In this document: positions 37,948 to 50,649 of the stretch, piece after piece
Layout: each line of letters opens with the position of its first letter
Numbering within the stretch: the first letter of the stretch is position 1
Assembly (NCBI GenBank): GCA_951406725.2
Contig: OX597815.1
Coordinates: 32,116,001-32,180,000, forward strand
DNA from: Octopus vulgaris
Lineage: Eukaryota
Reading direction: 5' to 3'
DNA: 64,000 bases
The notes under the pieces: model-generated
The model's input: the letters and a program-made list of their open reading frames with translations, nothing else
Told to the model about the DNA's origin: nothing
Databases searched by the model: none
Translations under genes and position numbers: made by a program

Positions 37948-38138
37948 TAGGCGTAGGAGTGGTGGTGTGGTAAGTATCTTGCTTACGAACCACACGGGTC
38001 CGGTTTCAGTCCCACTGCGTGACACCTTAGGTAAGTGTCTTCTACTATAGCATCGGGCCGACCAAAGCCTTGTGAGTGGATTTAGTAGACGGAAACTGGA
38101 AGAAGCCCGTCGTATATATGTGTATGTATATATGTATG

Positions 38139-38187
<49 letters not shown>

Positions 38188-38365
38188 CTGTCTTTGTTTG
38201 CCCCCAACATCGCTTGACAACCGAAGGTGGTGTGTTTACGTCCCCGTAACTTAGCAGTTCGGCAAAAGACACCGATAGAATAAGTACTAGTCTTCCAAAG
38301 AATAAGTCCTGGGATCGATTTGATCGACTAAAGGCGGTACTCCAGCATGGCCAAGTAAAAGAGTA
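37948..38365 (+). mobile_element. SINE family A, full length
   Basis: Head, internal (TA)n(TG)n and tail all present. Confidence 0.9.
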
Positions 38366-38728
38366 ATCATCCGTTGAGTGTAATACAGTAAGTGTAAGAT
38401 TAGATTTGGTTTAATAGATTAAATTGACTTCATAACTGAACTAAGATTTATTTCATAAGAGAAAAGTAGACAAACAAAAGATATGAATTCAGGGGAATGT
38501 AATAGTGTGCGATGCTCTACTGATTCTGTCCTGTGTAATATTGGTAATAGAAACTAATGATAAAATGCTGCACATGTTATTGATGTAAATGTGAAAGGAT
38601 CTTATACGTTATATAGTATGTTGAAACACTTCAGCCGACTAAATTATCCAAGTAATTAGTAAACATAATCTCCATTATTTACATTATTTACATTCGACAG
38701 ATATTTGTCCTCGTCTTGTTTGTTGTTA

Positions 38729-38772
38729 ACCCAACGTTTCGGCTGATATACCCTCCAGCCTTCTTCAGGTGT
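38729..38772 (-). ncRNA. Minimal hammerhead motif (extra A after A9)
   Basis: Minus strand ACAC-CTGAAGA-A-GGCTG(10 nt)CAGCC-GAAA-CG-TT-GGGT; helix I 3 of 4 paired. Confidence 0.6.
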
Positions 38773-38899
38773 CTTGGAGAAATTTCGAACCCAGGTTCGA
38801 AATTTCCCCAAGACACCGAGCAAATCGACCCCAGGACTTACTCTTTGGAAGAAGTTTGTTACCTATTTTTCATTGAAAATAAATGACTAAGATCACCAC

Positions 38900-39080
38900 A
38901 TAACCCTTGGACGGGATGCCAGTCTGTCGCAGGGTTACTCATTTACAGCTTAGTGCACTGGAGCAATATCAAATAATGTGTTTTACTCAAGAACATAACG
39001 CACCGCCCGGTCCAGCAATCGAAGCCACAATTTTGCGATCGTGAGTAAAACACCATAACTATCAGGCCACACGCCTTCAC
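38900..39080 (-). mobile_element. SINE family D-like
   Basis: Reverse complement of tRNA head, TGTTCTTGAGTAAAACAC, GCGACAGACTGGCATCCCGTCCA. Confidence 0.7.
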
Positions 39081-39395
39081 AAAAATCTCCATTTTGGGGT
39101 TCTGATATCTGAAAAAAAAAAGCGCAAGGGAGATAACTCCAATACAATCAGATGATCGAATTTTTCGACGATAGAGACGGTGCAAGTAGGATGTAATCTT
39201 TAAACCTAACTGGTGAAAGTAAATGGAATATTTTGCTATGCATTAAATTATAGAAGTCCTCCTTTAGCCCATGGTAAGCACTGGCTGCTTAAACATGTAC
39301 CAGCGTTCTGGGCTTTATTCTTAACATCTATTCGTGTAACTAGAACTACATTGACATAAAGAATCCTTCCTTTTAAAAATGATAGGATCTGATTT

Positions 39396-40590
39396 AAATA
39401 ATAATAATAATAATGAAATGATTGTATACAGTGCTCAGGTGCGCCACAACTTGTCTAAAGTGCGTATAAAGCATATGCAGTAATGTACAAATGTCTGGAA
39501 AGTGAACAGTGTATGAGTCAGATACATGCTTGCGTGTGTATGGAGGGGAGAAAATCAGGTGTAGTGTTGGCGAATCTCAGGAAGCATGGAGGTTTTGAAG
39601 GATGCAGTGCTCCGACAACTAACAACTGATGCTGGCAGTTTGTTCCATACTTCAGCAACTCTTAGCACGAAAAATTCTTTCCGAAAGTTATGGGAGCTGT
39701 GCTGTTTTCTGACTTTGTAAACAGGTGCTCAGAGTTATTGTTTGTAAGATGGTTAATAATTTTATGGGTGTCTGGCAAGTCAGCTGCCAGACGTCGGAGT
39801 TTCAATGTATCCATGCCCAGGGAAGTAAGGCATTCAGAATATGGCAAATGCCTGATGAAGGGTATTCTCTTGGTTGCACGTTGCTGAACGGCTTCCAGAC
39901 TATTAATATCCTGGGCAAGATAGGGGTTCCAGACCGGTGATGCAAATTCCAGGTGAGGTTGCACCATATAGCTATATAAAGCCGCAGATAGATAGCCGGA
40001 GAGCGGCTCACAAATGACTTGGTGAGTGATGCCAAAATACCCTCAGCCTTCTTGGCAATTTTAGCAATGTGTTTTGTCCAACGCAAATTGCTGTCAACAA
40101 TAATGCCTAGGTCACGATTACAAGAAGACTTTTTGAGATTAGTGTTGTGGAGGGAGTAATTAGACGCTGGGTTTTCCTCCCAAAATGCATGGTGGTACAT
40201 TTGTCCACAGCCAGCTTGAGTTGCCAGTCCATGATCCACTGCTGCATTTTGTCCAGGTCTGATTGCAGTAAAGATCTATAGTGTACAGCAGTGGTTTTCA
40301 ACCAGGGTTCCGCGGAACCGTAGGGTTCAGCCAGTACAGTGCAGGGGTTCCGTAAGAAGTTACAAAACTGCTAGAATCGGCAGTAATTTTTAATTCTCCT
40401 GTGCAGATATGTGTGCATAAGACTATTAAATTATTGCACAGGGGTTCCTCGAGCCAGTGGAATGTTTCCTTGGAGTTCCGCTCCAGCAAAAAGTTTGAAA
40501 AGCACTGGTGTACAGGATCTGTCCTCTTTATTTCTAGGTACAGCTTGATGTCATCTGCATATTTCAGCACTGTGGCATTCTTAGCAGGTC
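39396..40590 (-). mobile_element. CR1/L2-type LINE RT 3' part
   Basis: KYADDIKLY, LQSDLD..W...WQL.L..DKC, RDLGII, PHLEFASPVWNP; (ATT)n tail. Confidence 0.92.
40289..40507. mobile_element. hAT-type MITE
   Basis: TIRs CAGTGGTTTTCAA / TTGAAAAGCACTG; 8-bp TSD GTGTACAG at 40281-40288 and 40508-40515. Confidence 0.93.
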
Positions 40591-40832
40591 GAATCAATGA
40601 TTTTAATAGGTAAACAAGCTAGGAGGTGTGAATAAAGTAATTAAACTGTCAGTGTACGAATATTTGATATAAACCGTTATGACCATATGTTTCGCTTCAA
40701 AGCTGAATATTTATCAGCCTTTAAACATAAATGAATATGTGTGTGTATGTGTGCAAGAGAGTGTGCGAGTAAGTCCATGTATGTGCATGGGAGTGTAAGT
40801 GTATGTTTGTAAATATATTATACATGAATTCA

Positions 40833-40892
<60 letters not shown>

Positions 40893-40893
40893 T

Positions 40894-40945
<52 letters not shown>

Positions 40946-41026
40946 ATATATATATGTGTATGTATATATATATATGTATATGTGCATATATATATATATA
41001 TGTATGTATGTATATATATATGTATA

Positions 41027-41058
<32 letters not shown>

Positions 41059-41640
41059 CGCATAAATGTGCGTGTGTACTACATAGACTCTTACGTTCAC
41101 ATATAAGAAGTAAATTATATATATGTATATATACACTCACACATACATATTCATATATACACACATATATCACACACACACACACATACACGCTCGCATG
41201 GACGCACACACACGTGTTTACACAAATATATGTATATATAAGCTTGTATGCATATGTATATATAAGTGAGGGAGTTGAAGGCACAGCTACTAAAAGCGAT
41301 TGACGAGTTTCATTCCAAAATCCATTTACGCACATCATATTTACATATATAAGCGTACACATACAGACAAATGGATAAATATTTACTCAAGAATACTCCT
41401 TACACATTCTATTTACTCAAATACAAAGATCCCTTCTCTTCCTTTTCATATTTAGACCACGCACATTCACATACACACACACACACCTACACACAAACAT
41501 ACATACACGCACACATACATATACAATATACGTTAGTTTTATAACAAATTGTATATAATAACGAGTTTAAAATGAAGGATTACCCAATATTTTTAAGTAG
41601 AGTACTTATATATCTATACATATGTGTGTCTATAATATAT

Positions 41641-41707
<67 letters not shown>

Positions 41708-41746
41708 CTCCTCTGTCTTCCCTCTTTGGGATCTTTCCTTCTCCTT

Positions 41747-41781
41747 GTTTCCGACGAAGAGCTCCGCTCGAAACGTTAAAC
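41747..41781 (+). ncRNA. Ultra-minimal hammerhead-like motif (35 nt)
   Basis: GTTT-CCGACGA-A-GAGC(TCC)GCTC-GAAA-CG-TT-AAAC, inside a ~115-bp island between (TA)n tracts. Confidence 0.55.
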
Positions 41782-42073
41782 CCTCCTTCCCTTTTTTCTG
41801 TGTTTTCTTGTTTGGATTAACTATATATATATATATATATCATCACAGATCATCATGCTTATATCTATGTATGTGTGCAGATATGTATGTTTTGTTTTAT
41901 GTACGTATTCACATGAATATAGTTGCATATGTATGTATATACGTTTGTATATTTCAGTGTATCCTTTGTACGCAAACGGTACCGAAAACGTTATGAACAC
42001 TAATCGAAAGTGGAGTAAATATTCTACACAGTTCTTCAAACTGTATGTGGAAGTTTATGACTGTCAAGTATGA

Positions 42074-42136
<63 letters not shown>

Positions 42137-42477
42137 ACATACGTATGCATGTATGTATGTGTGTGTAGAGAGAGATACATATTTATACATATATATATAT
42201 ATATAAATCTTTAGTTAAATATATTCAATGAAAATATCATATACTGAACTTATATTGAGTGCTCTATTGTATCATAGTATCATTCTTAAACTTAATTCAA
42301 AACTTTTAAACTGTCATATACATTATATATTTATACTTATACATATTTACATATATTTTTATATATATTTATAGTTTTAATACAACAATTATTTTACAAA
42401 CGTATATAACTTCCTTAAGAATTTTCTAATATTGATTTCCTGATATTAATAATAATATATTATAGAATATATATATA

Positions 42478-42700
42478 CTCTTTTCCTCTTTTACTTCTTT
42501 CAGTCATTTGCCTGCGGCCATGCTGGAGCACCGCCTTTAGTCGAGCAAATCGACCCCAGGACTTATTCTTTGGAAGTCTAGTATTTATTCTATCAGTCTC
42601 TTTTCCCGAACCGCTAAGTGACGGGGACGTAAACACACCACCATCTGTTGTCAAGCGATGTTGGGGGGACAAACACAGACACACAATCATATACACACAC
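42478..42700 (-). mobile_element. SINE family A, 3' half
   Basis: Reverse complement of the tail consensus. Confidence 0.85.
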
Positions 42701-42713
42701 ATACATATATATA

Positions 42714-42760
<47 letters not shown>

Positions 42761-43256
42761 CATATATATATATACCCAAACATATAAACATATATGCATG
42801 TGCATCAGGTATGTATGTGTACATGCGTGCTATTGTGCTGTGCGCGCGTGTGCGTGCATGCTTCTTCATGTACATAACTGTATATATGCATATATGCATG
42901 CATGTGTATGTGTATATATATATACATTCACAAATTCAAGCACACAATACGTTCCTTTCAAATAAGTAAACACGTTGACATATTTAATTATTAGCATTCG
43001 CGGCTATAATGAACAGGTGTTGGCTTATACATCAATACGGAGCGTTTTGGCAGTTTGAGGGAGAATGATTATTGGGAAACAAGTGCTGGGCTGAGATAGT
43101 GTGGATTACTATATCCGTAGATCAATTTTTTTACTACCAACGGATAAACACGAAGAGGGGCTTACTGACCAGAATCTACCAGAATGGCTCTACAAGGAAA
43201 ACACAAGAGGTATGTGCGTGTGCATGTGTGTGTATGTTTGTCTGTGTGTGTGTGTG

Positions 43257-43344
<88 letters not shown>

Positions 43345-43387
43345 TATATATATATATGTATATATATGCATGTATGAATGTATGTAT

Positions 43388-43805
43388 TCTTTTATTCTCT
43401 TACTTGTTTCAGTTATTTTGATTGCGGCCATACTAGAGCACCGCCTTTAGTCGAACAACTCGATCCCATGACTTATTCTTTGTACGCCTAGTACTTATTC
43501 TATCGATCTCTATTGTCGAACCGCTAAGTTACGGGGACGTAAACACACCAACATCGGTTGCCAAGCAATTGTGACGAGGCAAACAGACACACAAATACAT
43601 ACACATACACACATACACATACACATATGTATATATATATACGCCAGGCTCTTTCAGTTTCTGTCTACCAAATCCACTCACAAGGCTTTGGTCGGCCCGA
43701 GGCTATAGTAAAAGACACTTGCTCAAGGTGTCACGCAGTGGGACTGAACCCGGAACCATTTGGTTGGGAAGCAAGCTTCTTACCACACAGCCACTCCTGC
43801 GCCTA
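43388..43805 (-). mobile_element. SINE family A, full length
   Basis: Tail, microsatellite and head present. Confidence 0.9.
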
Positions 43806-44584
43806 TGTATGTGCGCATTAGTGTTGTTATTACGTTATAATACACTAATTTTATATTAAACTGAAGGATAACTCAATACATTGGGAAGAGTACAAATTTG
43901 ACCAACTAAGCCATCATCAACTTTCCCCCTCCTCTCTCTCTCTATATATATATATATATTTCTCACTCTCTCGCTATATATATATATATATATATGGAGA
44001 TGGAGGAGAGAGAGAGACAGAAAAATATTTTTTTCTAACTTGTTGAGCGTTTATGTGTGATTGTGAGTGGGAGTGTCTGACTCGGTAGATACCTATGTAT
44101 ATGGGTGTACGTACAAGGTTAAAACACGAGTTATATACATGTGTACTTTTGCGTACGTAACATTTTGAATGCGGTTATAACTGTGAAATTTCGAATGCGG
44201 GTATAACCGTATGCGGTAAGGTTGTGTATGCATACTTTATAGGAGTGTGTATATGTTTTTTTATGTGTGCGGTGGGTTGGGGTAGACATAAATGTTTTGC
44301 ATTTTCATTAAGCAAGGAGGGAAGTATGGTAGCATCTATAATTTTTGTATCCCCTTCCATACTTCTGAGGTCGAATATAAAGGCTGTTCTGTTTGAATTA
44401 GCTTATTTTGACACTATATAAACAACTCTCACACATATTTATGTACAATATATGAACGGCAACGGGAAACTCAAAGTAACAGGTTTTGTTGAATTTTCTG
44501 CTGCTTTAAATAAAGCATATTACTCTACCACTGGTATTTGAGTACTCTTTTTTCCACCTTGTTTCACATTTATGTGTTTACTCC

Positions 44585-44620
<36 letters not shown>

Positions 44621-44623
<3 letters not shown>

Positions 44624-44991
44624 TTTCTCCGAGGGTGCTCTTCGCCGAGTGTCCGAGGCGGCCGGTACGTTCACTGTGAAAAAATTAGAGTGCTCAGAGT
44701 GAGCCCCGCCGGCTCGCATACGAAAAGCATGGAATGATGGAAAATGGCCTCGTCCGCGCGTCATCCGTCGATCTCCGTTCACGACGAGGCAATGATCGAA
44801 AGGAGCGATCGGGGCCACTCGTATTGCGACGTTAGAGGTGAAATTCTTGGATCGTCGCAAGACGCACTGCAGCGACGGCGTGTGGCAAGCACGTTTTCCT
44901 CGATCAAGAGCGAAAGTCGGAGGTTCGAAGACGATCAGATACCGTCGTAGTTCCGATCATAAACGATGCCGACTGGCGCTCCGCCGGCGTT
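44621..44991 (+). pseudogene. Isolated 18S rRNA fragment (V4-V5 region)
   Basis: GAAAAAATTAGAGTGCTCA, TAGAGGTGAAATTCTTGGA, GGTTCGAAGACGATCAGATACCGTCGTAGTTCCGA.CATAAACGATGCC; flanks are not rDNA. Confidence 0.92.
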
Positions 44992-45315
44992 CACTTCGAG
45001 TGTTGATTTTTTTTTTTAATTTTTAAAATTTTCCATACCCCCACTTTTTACCTTTTTACCTTCAATTTAGCATTCTGCCTTTTTATAATTTTTCCTCGCC
45101 TATATATATATATATATATATATTATACTTATATACAAACACATACATATACATATATACATGCATACATGTATAATATTCTTTTATTCTTTTATTCCTT
45201 TATTTTACCGTGACAAACACAGACACCCAAATACATACATACATACATACATACATACATACATACACACACACAAACACACATACATACATACATACAT
45301 ACATACATACATACA

Positions 45316-45346
<31 letters not shown>

Positions 45347-45349
45347 GTT

Positions 45350-45819
45350 TGTAGCTAGGACACTGTATAACGAGATCCGCTGAGAGAAATAAGAACCCAC
45401 AGTAGGGTGGAAGCCATAGCCACCCATAATAAAACGGAGTACTGGTGGAATGTTCCAGTGAAGACCCGAATAAAATCTAAGCAAAATAGACCTGATGTAA
45501 TGATTTAGGATAGAGAAGTGAAACTTTGTACAGTTGTGGAAATCAGTTGCCCAGCGGATGTTAACATAAAGCTGAAGATCAGCGAAAAAGAGAATACCTA
45601 CGCTGAACTATTCAGAACTTGCAGTTACTCTATCCAGATTACAAGCTCAGATTTATACCTGTAATTATTGGGGTCCTGGGATATGTAACACACTGCATAA
45701 ATACCATTCTTGAGAAATTAGGCTTCTCAAAGCCAGAAAGCTAAATTCGAAGACTACACATCCAATCCATCACTGGAACTGTTAAGATCTGTAAAACTTT
45801 CCAGAAGTTTATCATTTAA
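45350..45819 (+). mobile_element. R4/Dong-clade LINE 3' fragment (REL endonuclease)
   Basis: EYWWNVPVKT...NRPDVMI*DRE..LCTVVEISCP...PVIIGVLG...TGTVKICKTF; abuts (TACA)n. Confidence 0.85.
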
Positions 45820-46545
45820 GTGCATATTGCCAATTTGGTAATAAAATGCAGACGGCTAGCTGGATGGACCCCTCCGAACTTTCAGAACAAGAGAGAAGGA
45901 GACACTGATGGTCCTTTTGAAGACATTCGTCCTCAGCCGCTTGGACTACTGCTCCTTACTATGGTCACTACACAATATAAAGTTAACAGCAGAACTCGTA
46001 GCAATCCAACGAAACTACACTAAGAAGATCGTCTCAATGCAATATATCAGCGACTGGGAAAGACTGAAAGTATTAAAACTCTTCTCCCTGGAACGAAGGC
46101 GGGAAAGATGTGCAGTGATAGACATCTGGAAAATCCTGGAGGGTCTTGCCCCGAATTTTGGCATTGAAAGTTACCACAACAGCAGAACGGGGCGCCACTG
46201 CATGGTGCCAAAAATCCCAACATCACCATCAAAATACAGGACCAGATACTACAACAGCTTGGGTTTCAGGGGACCACAGCTCTTCAATATTCTTATTAAA
46301 TGCCTGAGAGACCTGCATGGTGTGGATGTGGGTTTCTTTAAAATTAAACTGGATCTCTTCTTGTCAGGGGTTCCAGATGAACCTATCTCTCGGCAGGAAA
46401 CACAGATGCGGGCAGCGGCGTCGAACTCCCTTGTTAACTAATTGCTACGTATCAGAGGTAGTTTCACATACTAGTGTAGCTCATTCAACGGTGGTGCCCC
46501 AGCATGGCCGCAGCTTTCGGGCTGAAACATTTTTAAGGATTTAAG
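45820..46545 (+). mobile_element. CR1/L2-type LINE 3' fragment with intact 3' end
   Basis: ORF 45908-46441: SRLDYCS..WS, SLERRRER, GPQLFN; 3' stem-loop at 46490-46529. Confidence 0.9.
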
Positions 46546-46924
46546 AATTTAAGTATATATGAGCATGTCTAGATATGCAACTATATGCATGAGAATACAT
46601 ACATAAAACAAAACAAAACATACAAATCTGCAGGCATACATACATACATACATACATACATACATACATACATACATACATACATACATACATACACTTA
46701 TCAACATATCGGTGATCTCTCCAGTCGACTTCGACGAAAGGGGACTCTCAGCAAGACACATCATAGCGTCCTTAGTTCAATGATCTGTCGTGTTGTCTCG
46801 TGTATATCTTCAGACCTGTCCAATAGAAAGTCATCAGCTAATCAGAAATTAAGCTTTCTTTCGTTCTAAACAGTTTTTCAAATGTAGTTGTGGTGATGGC
46901 ATGAAAGAGCATGATAAATTTCAT

Positions 46925-48225
46925 CTCTATTTCCTGCCGTGAGGTAGGCTCGTCTGAAACCCTTGACAAGAAGAGATCCAGTTTTGTTTTAAAGACACTT
47001 ACAACCACACCATGCATGTCTCTCAGACATTTTGGAAGGACATTAAAGAGCTGTGGGCCTTTGAAGCCCACACTGTTGCAGTATCTGGTCCTGTATTTTG
47101 ATGACTATGATCTTTGGTAATATGCAGTGGCACCCCGTTCTGCAGTTTGAGTAAATTTCAATGCCAAAGTTTGGTACTAGGCCTTCTAGGATTTTCCAGA
47201 TGTATATCACTGCATATCTTTCCCGCCTTCGCTCTATGGAGAAGAGTTTTAATTCTTTCGATCTTTCCCAGTAGCTCATACGTTGCATCGAGACGATTTT
47301 CTTACTGTAGCTTCATTGGATTGCTTCGAGTATCGCCGTGAATTTTATATTGTGTGGCGACCATAGTTGGCAGCAGTAGTCGAAGCTGAGGACGTAAGTT
47401 CTCCAAGGGATCATCAATGCTTCTCTTTCTCTTGTTTTGAAAGTTCGCAGGATCCAACCAGCCTTCCGTCTGCATTTTATTACCAAATTGGTAATATGCA
47501 CTTGATAAGATGCATCAATACTCATGCCAATGCCCAGGTCACGCAATTTTGATTTAGAGATTTAAGTTCCTTCTGGGCCAGTGTATCCTGTCTGCATGTC
47601 GTCTAACTTTGTGTGCTGATAGCGTAGGGCCTGGAATTTTCCCGCATTAAACTGTATGTTATTGTTCTCAGCCCACCTGTATGTTGCGTCCAACTCTCGT
47701 CGCAGATATGTGATATTTCTAGGATTTTGTAATGTCTGAGAGACTTTTGTGCCATCTTAATAACTTGTAAGGGTGACTATCTGAGCAGCTGCAGGCATAT
47801 CTGAGAGGGCCACTACGAATAACAGTGATCCTAAGACAGTGCTCTGTGGAACACCACTTGCTATTTGTGTTTCCTTAAAGGTGGCACCATTGGCTACTTT
47901 TGCCTGGCGTCTATCTTTTAGAAAGTTGTGCAGCCACTCTCCAAGTTTCCCACCTATGCCGAGATCACGCAGTTTGTGACATATCATACCATGGTCGACT
48001 TTGTCAAAAGCTTTTGCAAAGTCAAGATATATTACATCCACGTTTGAGTCATTCAGCAGCTGTTTTAACACCCGGTCGGAGTGTTGCAGGAGCTGTGTTA
48101 GACAGCTTCTACCTGGTCGAAATCCATGCTGGGTGTCAGTCAGCAAGTCATTTTCTTCAAGGAACGCGATTAGTTTCTTGCAGACTATTCGTTCCATGAC
48201 TTTGCTGATGTGTGAGGTCAGAGAG
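46925..48225 (-). mobile_element. Same LINE family, RT core to near the 3' end
   Basis: ISLTSHISKVMER, QHGFRPGRSC, YLDFAKAFDKVDH, SGVPQSTVLG; stops and frameshifts. Confidence 0.92.
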
Positions 48226-48484
48226 ATATGTATACACACAGAAACTAAAATAGATCGCAGTATAGGTGCTTCGGCACACTCAGTCACATTTAGTGACAAT
48301 AAATTTTTTCCTTTATAGTATTATATTGCGCCTAGCCGTTTATATTAATTTCAACAAGCCGTGAAAGGTGTAGAGACCAGTGCAGTGAGACTGAAATTTT
48401 TAAAAAAAAAAGAACTACACGCACCACGACAGAAATTGTAATAAAAAAAAACCTTTATTCTATCTTTTTTTTTTAAGTATTAAT

Positions 48485-48700
48485 TCACTTATTTCAGTCA
48501 TTTGACCGCTGCCATGCTGGACACCGTCTTTAGTCGAACAAATCTCCCCCGAGACTTATTCTTTGTAACCCTAGTTACCAATTCTATCGGTCTCTTTTTG
48601 CCGAACCGTTAAGTTACAGGGACGTAAACACACCAACATCGGTTGTCAAGCGATTGTAGGGGGACGAACACAGACATACAAATACATACATACATACGTA
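48485..48700 (-). mobile_element. SINE family A, 3' half
   Basis: Reverse complement of the tail consensus. Confidence 0.8.
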
Positions 48701-48779
48701 CACACAACACTATACTTGTTCCACGTCCACACGCGTTGTTGTGTTTTCTCTTTGTGTTTTCATGTTTGGATTAACTTTA

Positions 48780-49500
48780 GCTGTGTGAACTGATGCATTA
48801 TCACCTGAAAGATTGCGTTTCCCTCTGGAAATAGTTCTGCAACCATAGGGTGAATTTGATCAGATAAAATGCTTAGTCTTGACTATTAATTCTGCCATGA
48901 AGTAAAACCATTGGGCCGGCGGATTTCCAAAATATAGCCCCCCTCCAGATCATCACAGATCCTTCTCCATGTTTAACAATTGAAAGAAGGCAGTCATGGT
49001 CAAATGCTTCTTTTGGCTGTCTCCACACGTATATTCAGCCGGTGGACGGATTTAAGGTAAAGGATGACTCGCCCGAGAAAATAACATTCTTCTACTGCTT
49101 TAGGGACTAATTCTGTAGATTTTTACTCCACTCAAAACGCTTTGCAACATTTGTTTTTGAAAGTAGTGGTTTTCTGATTGCAGCCCTCCTGTGATATCCG
49201 GCTTTGTGCAGCTCCCGGCGAGCAGTTTTTGTGGAAACTGGTTCTCGAGGTCCCTATCTGAAAGTTTTGGTTTTATTCCAGAGTTTTGTTTCGACAAGGA
49301 GGTTTTTCCTTCTTTCTCAAAGGCTGTCATTACTTTCGAGACATTAGTTCTTGGTACACCTAACATTTCGGCTGTTTTCGTTACCTAGCGCCTGCCATAC
49401 GAATACCAACAATTTAACCTCTTTGAAAGTCCAACAGATCTGTCATTTTAATGAATCTTAATTACCTTTTTCTGATGTTATCTGAAAAGAAACAGCAATG
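48780..49500 (-). mobile_element. Tc1-like transposase remnant
   Basis: LGVPRTNVSKVM...SGIKPKLSDRD, VIFSGES, VKHG.GSVMIW, FQ.DNA. Confidence 0.85.
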
Positions 49501-49532
49501 TTAGCAAAATATATTAAGCAACACTAATAATA

Positions 49533-49665
49533 AATCCACTTACAAGGCTTTGATAAGCCCGAGGATATAATTGAAGACACTTGCCCATGGTGCCGCGCAG
49601 TGGGACTGAACCTAGAATCATGGGGTTGAGAAGCAAGCTTCTTACCACACAGCCACTCCTCCGCC
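49533..49665 (-). mobile_element. SINE family A, 5' half
   Basis: Reverse complement of the head consensus. Confidence 0.8.
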
Positions 49666-50154
49666 TCTACTTTTTTCTCTTTCTTCTCCACTTGTGTTAT
49701 AAAACCTCAATATGACCGACCTTTCAATAATGTAAATGTCTTCGCCAGACATTTACCCTTATATTATTATTTATCCCTGTTAAACTCATTGAAATTTCTG
49801 TGAACATTTGAACACTTGATGGTTTAAACATGTTTGTCAAATTTTAAACTTGTAATTTTAAACACTCCTAACTCACTTGTTTTTTTATATATACATTTGT
49901 ACCATTGATAAGCAAAAACAAATGTCAAAACTAGTCTGGTATGTGAATAAATTTATTTGAAAACGACTTCAAGTTTTTCAGATTCAGGTGCATTTTCAAA
50001 CCTCAAAGGTAATCTGGAACTCGACTGACGAAAGAAAACTCCAAATGACCCGTCCCTGTTTTTTCTTGTCCCTTTTTGTATCATTTAACTGTCTGGATGT
50101 CTTGTTGTTGTCTGTTGCGTTCTTGTCCCATTTTTTGTATTCTATTTTTTTATA

Positions 50155-50199
<45 letters not shown>

Positions 50200-50201
<2 letters not shown>

Positions 50202-50408
50202 TGTCCGACAGTCGCCATGATAGATCGGTAGCCACTACACACATTTTCGTTTCTCTCCTTGTTTCTTTCTGTGTTCCTTTCTGTCGAAGAGCGTAGGCTC
50301 GAAACGTAAAAGACTTTTTCAATTCCCGAGGGTTATACTAATACATCTGTTTGTTTCCTACACCACCTGTCTTCGTCTTTTGTTTTTTTTTTCGTGAATT
50401 CTCCCTAT
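50200..50408 (+). mobile_element. Short pLTR-like repeat family H between (TA)n tracts
   Basis: Contains CTTT-CTGTCGA-A-GAGC(GTAG)GCTC-GAAA-CG-TA-AAAG at 50277-50312. Confidence 0.75.
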
Positions 50409-50409
50409 A

Positions 50410-50490
<81 letters not shown>

Positions 50491-50649
50491 GCATACATAT
50501 GCAGCTAGATAGACAGGCAAATAGATATACTCACATGCGCACGCACATATACAGAATATATGTGCAGATGCAAATATGAACATACAAACACGTATGTGTA
50601 TTTGTGCATGTCATTGTGTCTGTCTTTATGTATGTATGTATGTATGTAT

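Noticed and set aside
40681-40720. Minus-strand CTGATAA...GCGAAACATATGGTC, and CTGAAGATGC...GCGAACCATGGT near 59596
   Set aside because: Core mismatches and no helix I.
44621-44991. Functional rRNA gene
   Set aside because: Only ~370 bp; the rest of the rDNA unit is absent.
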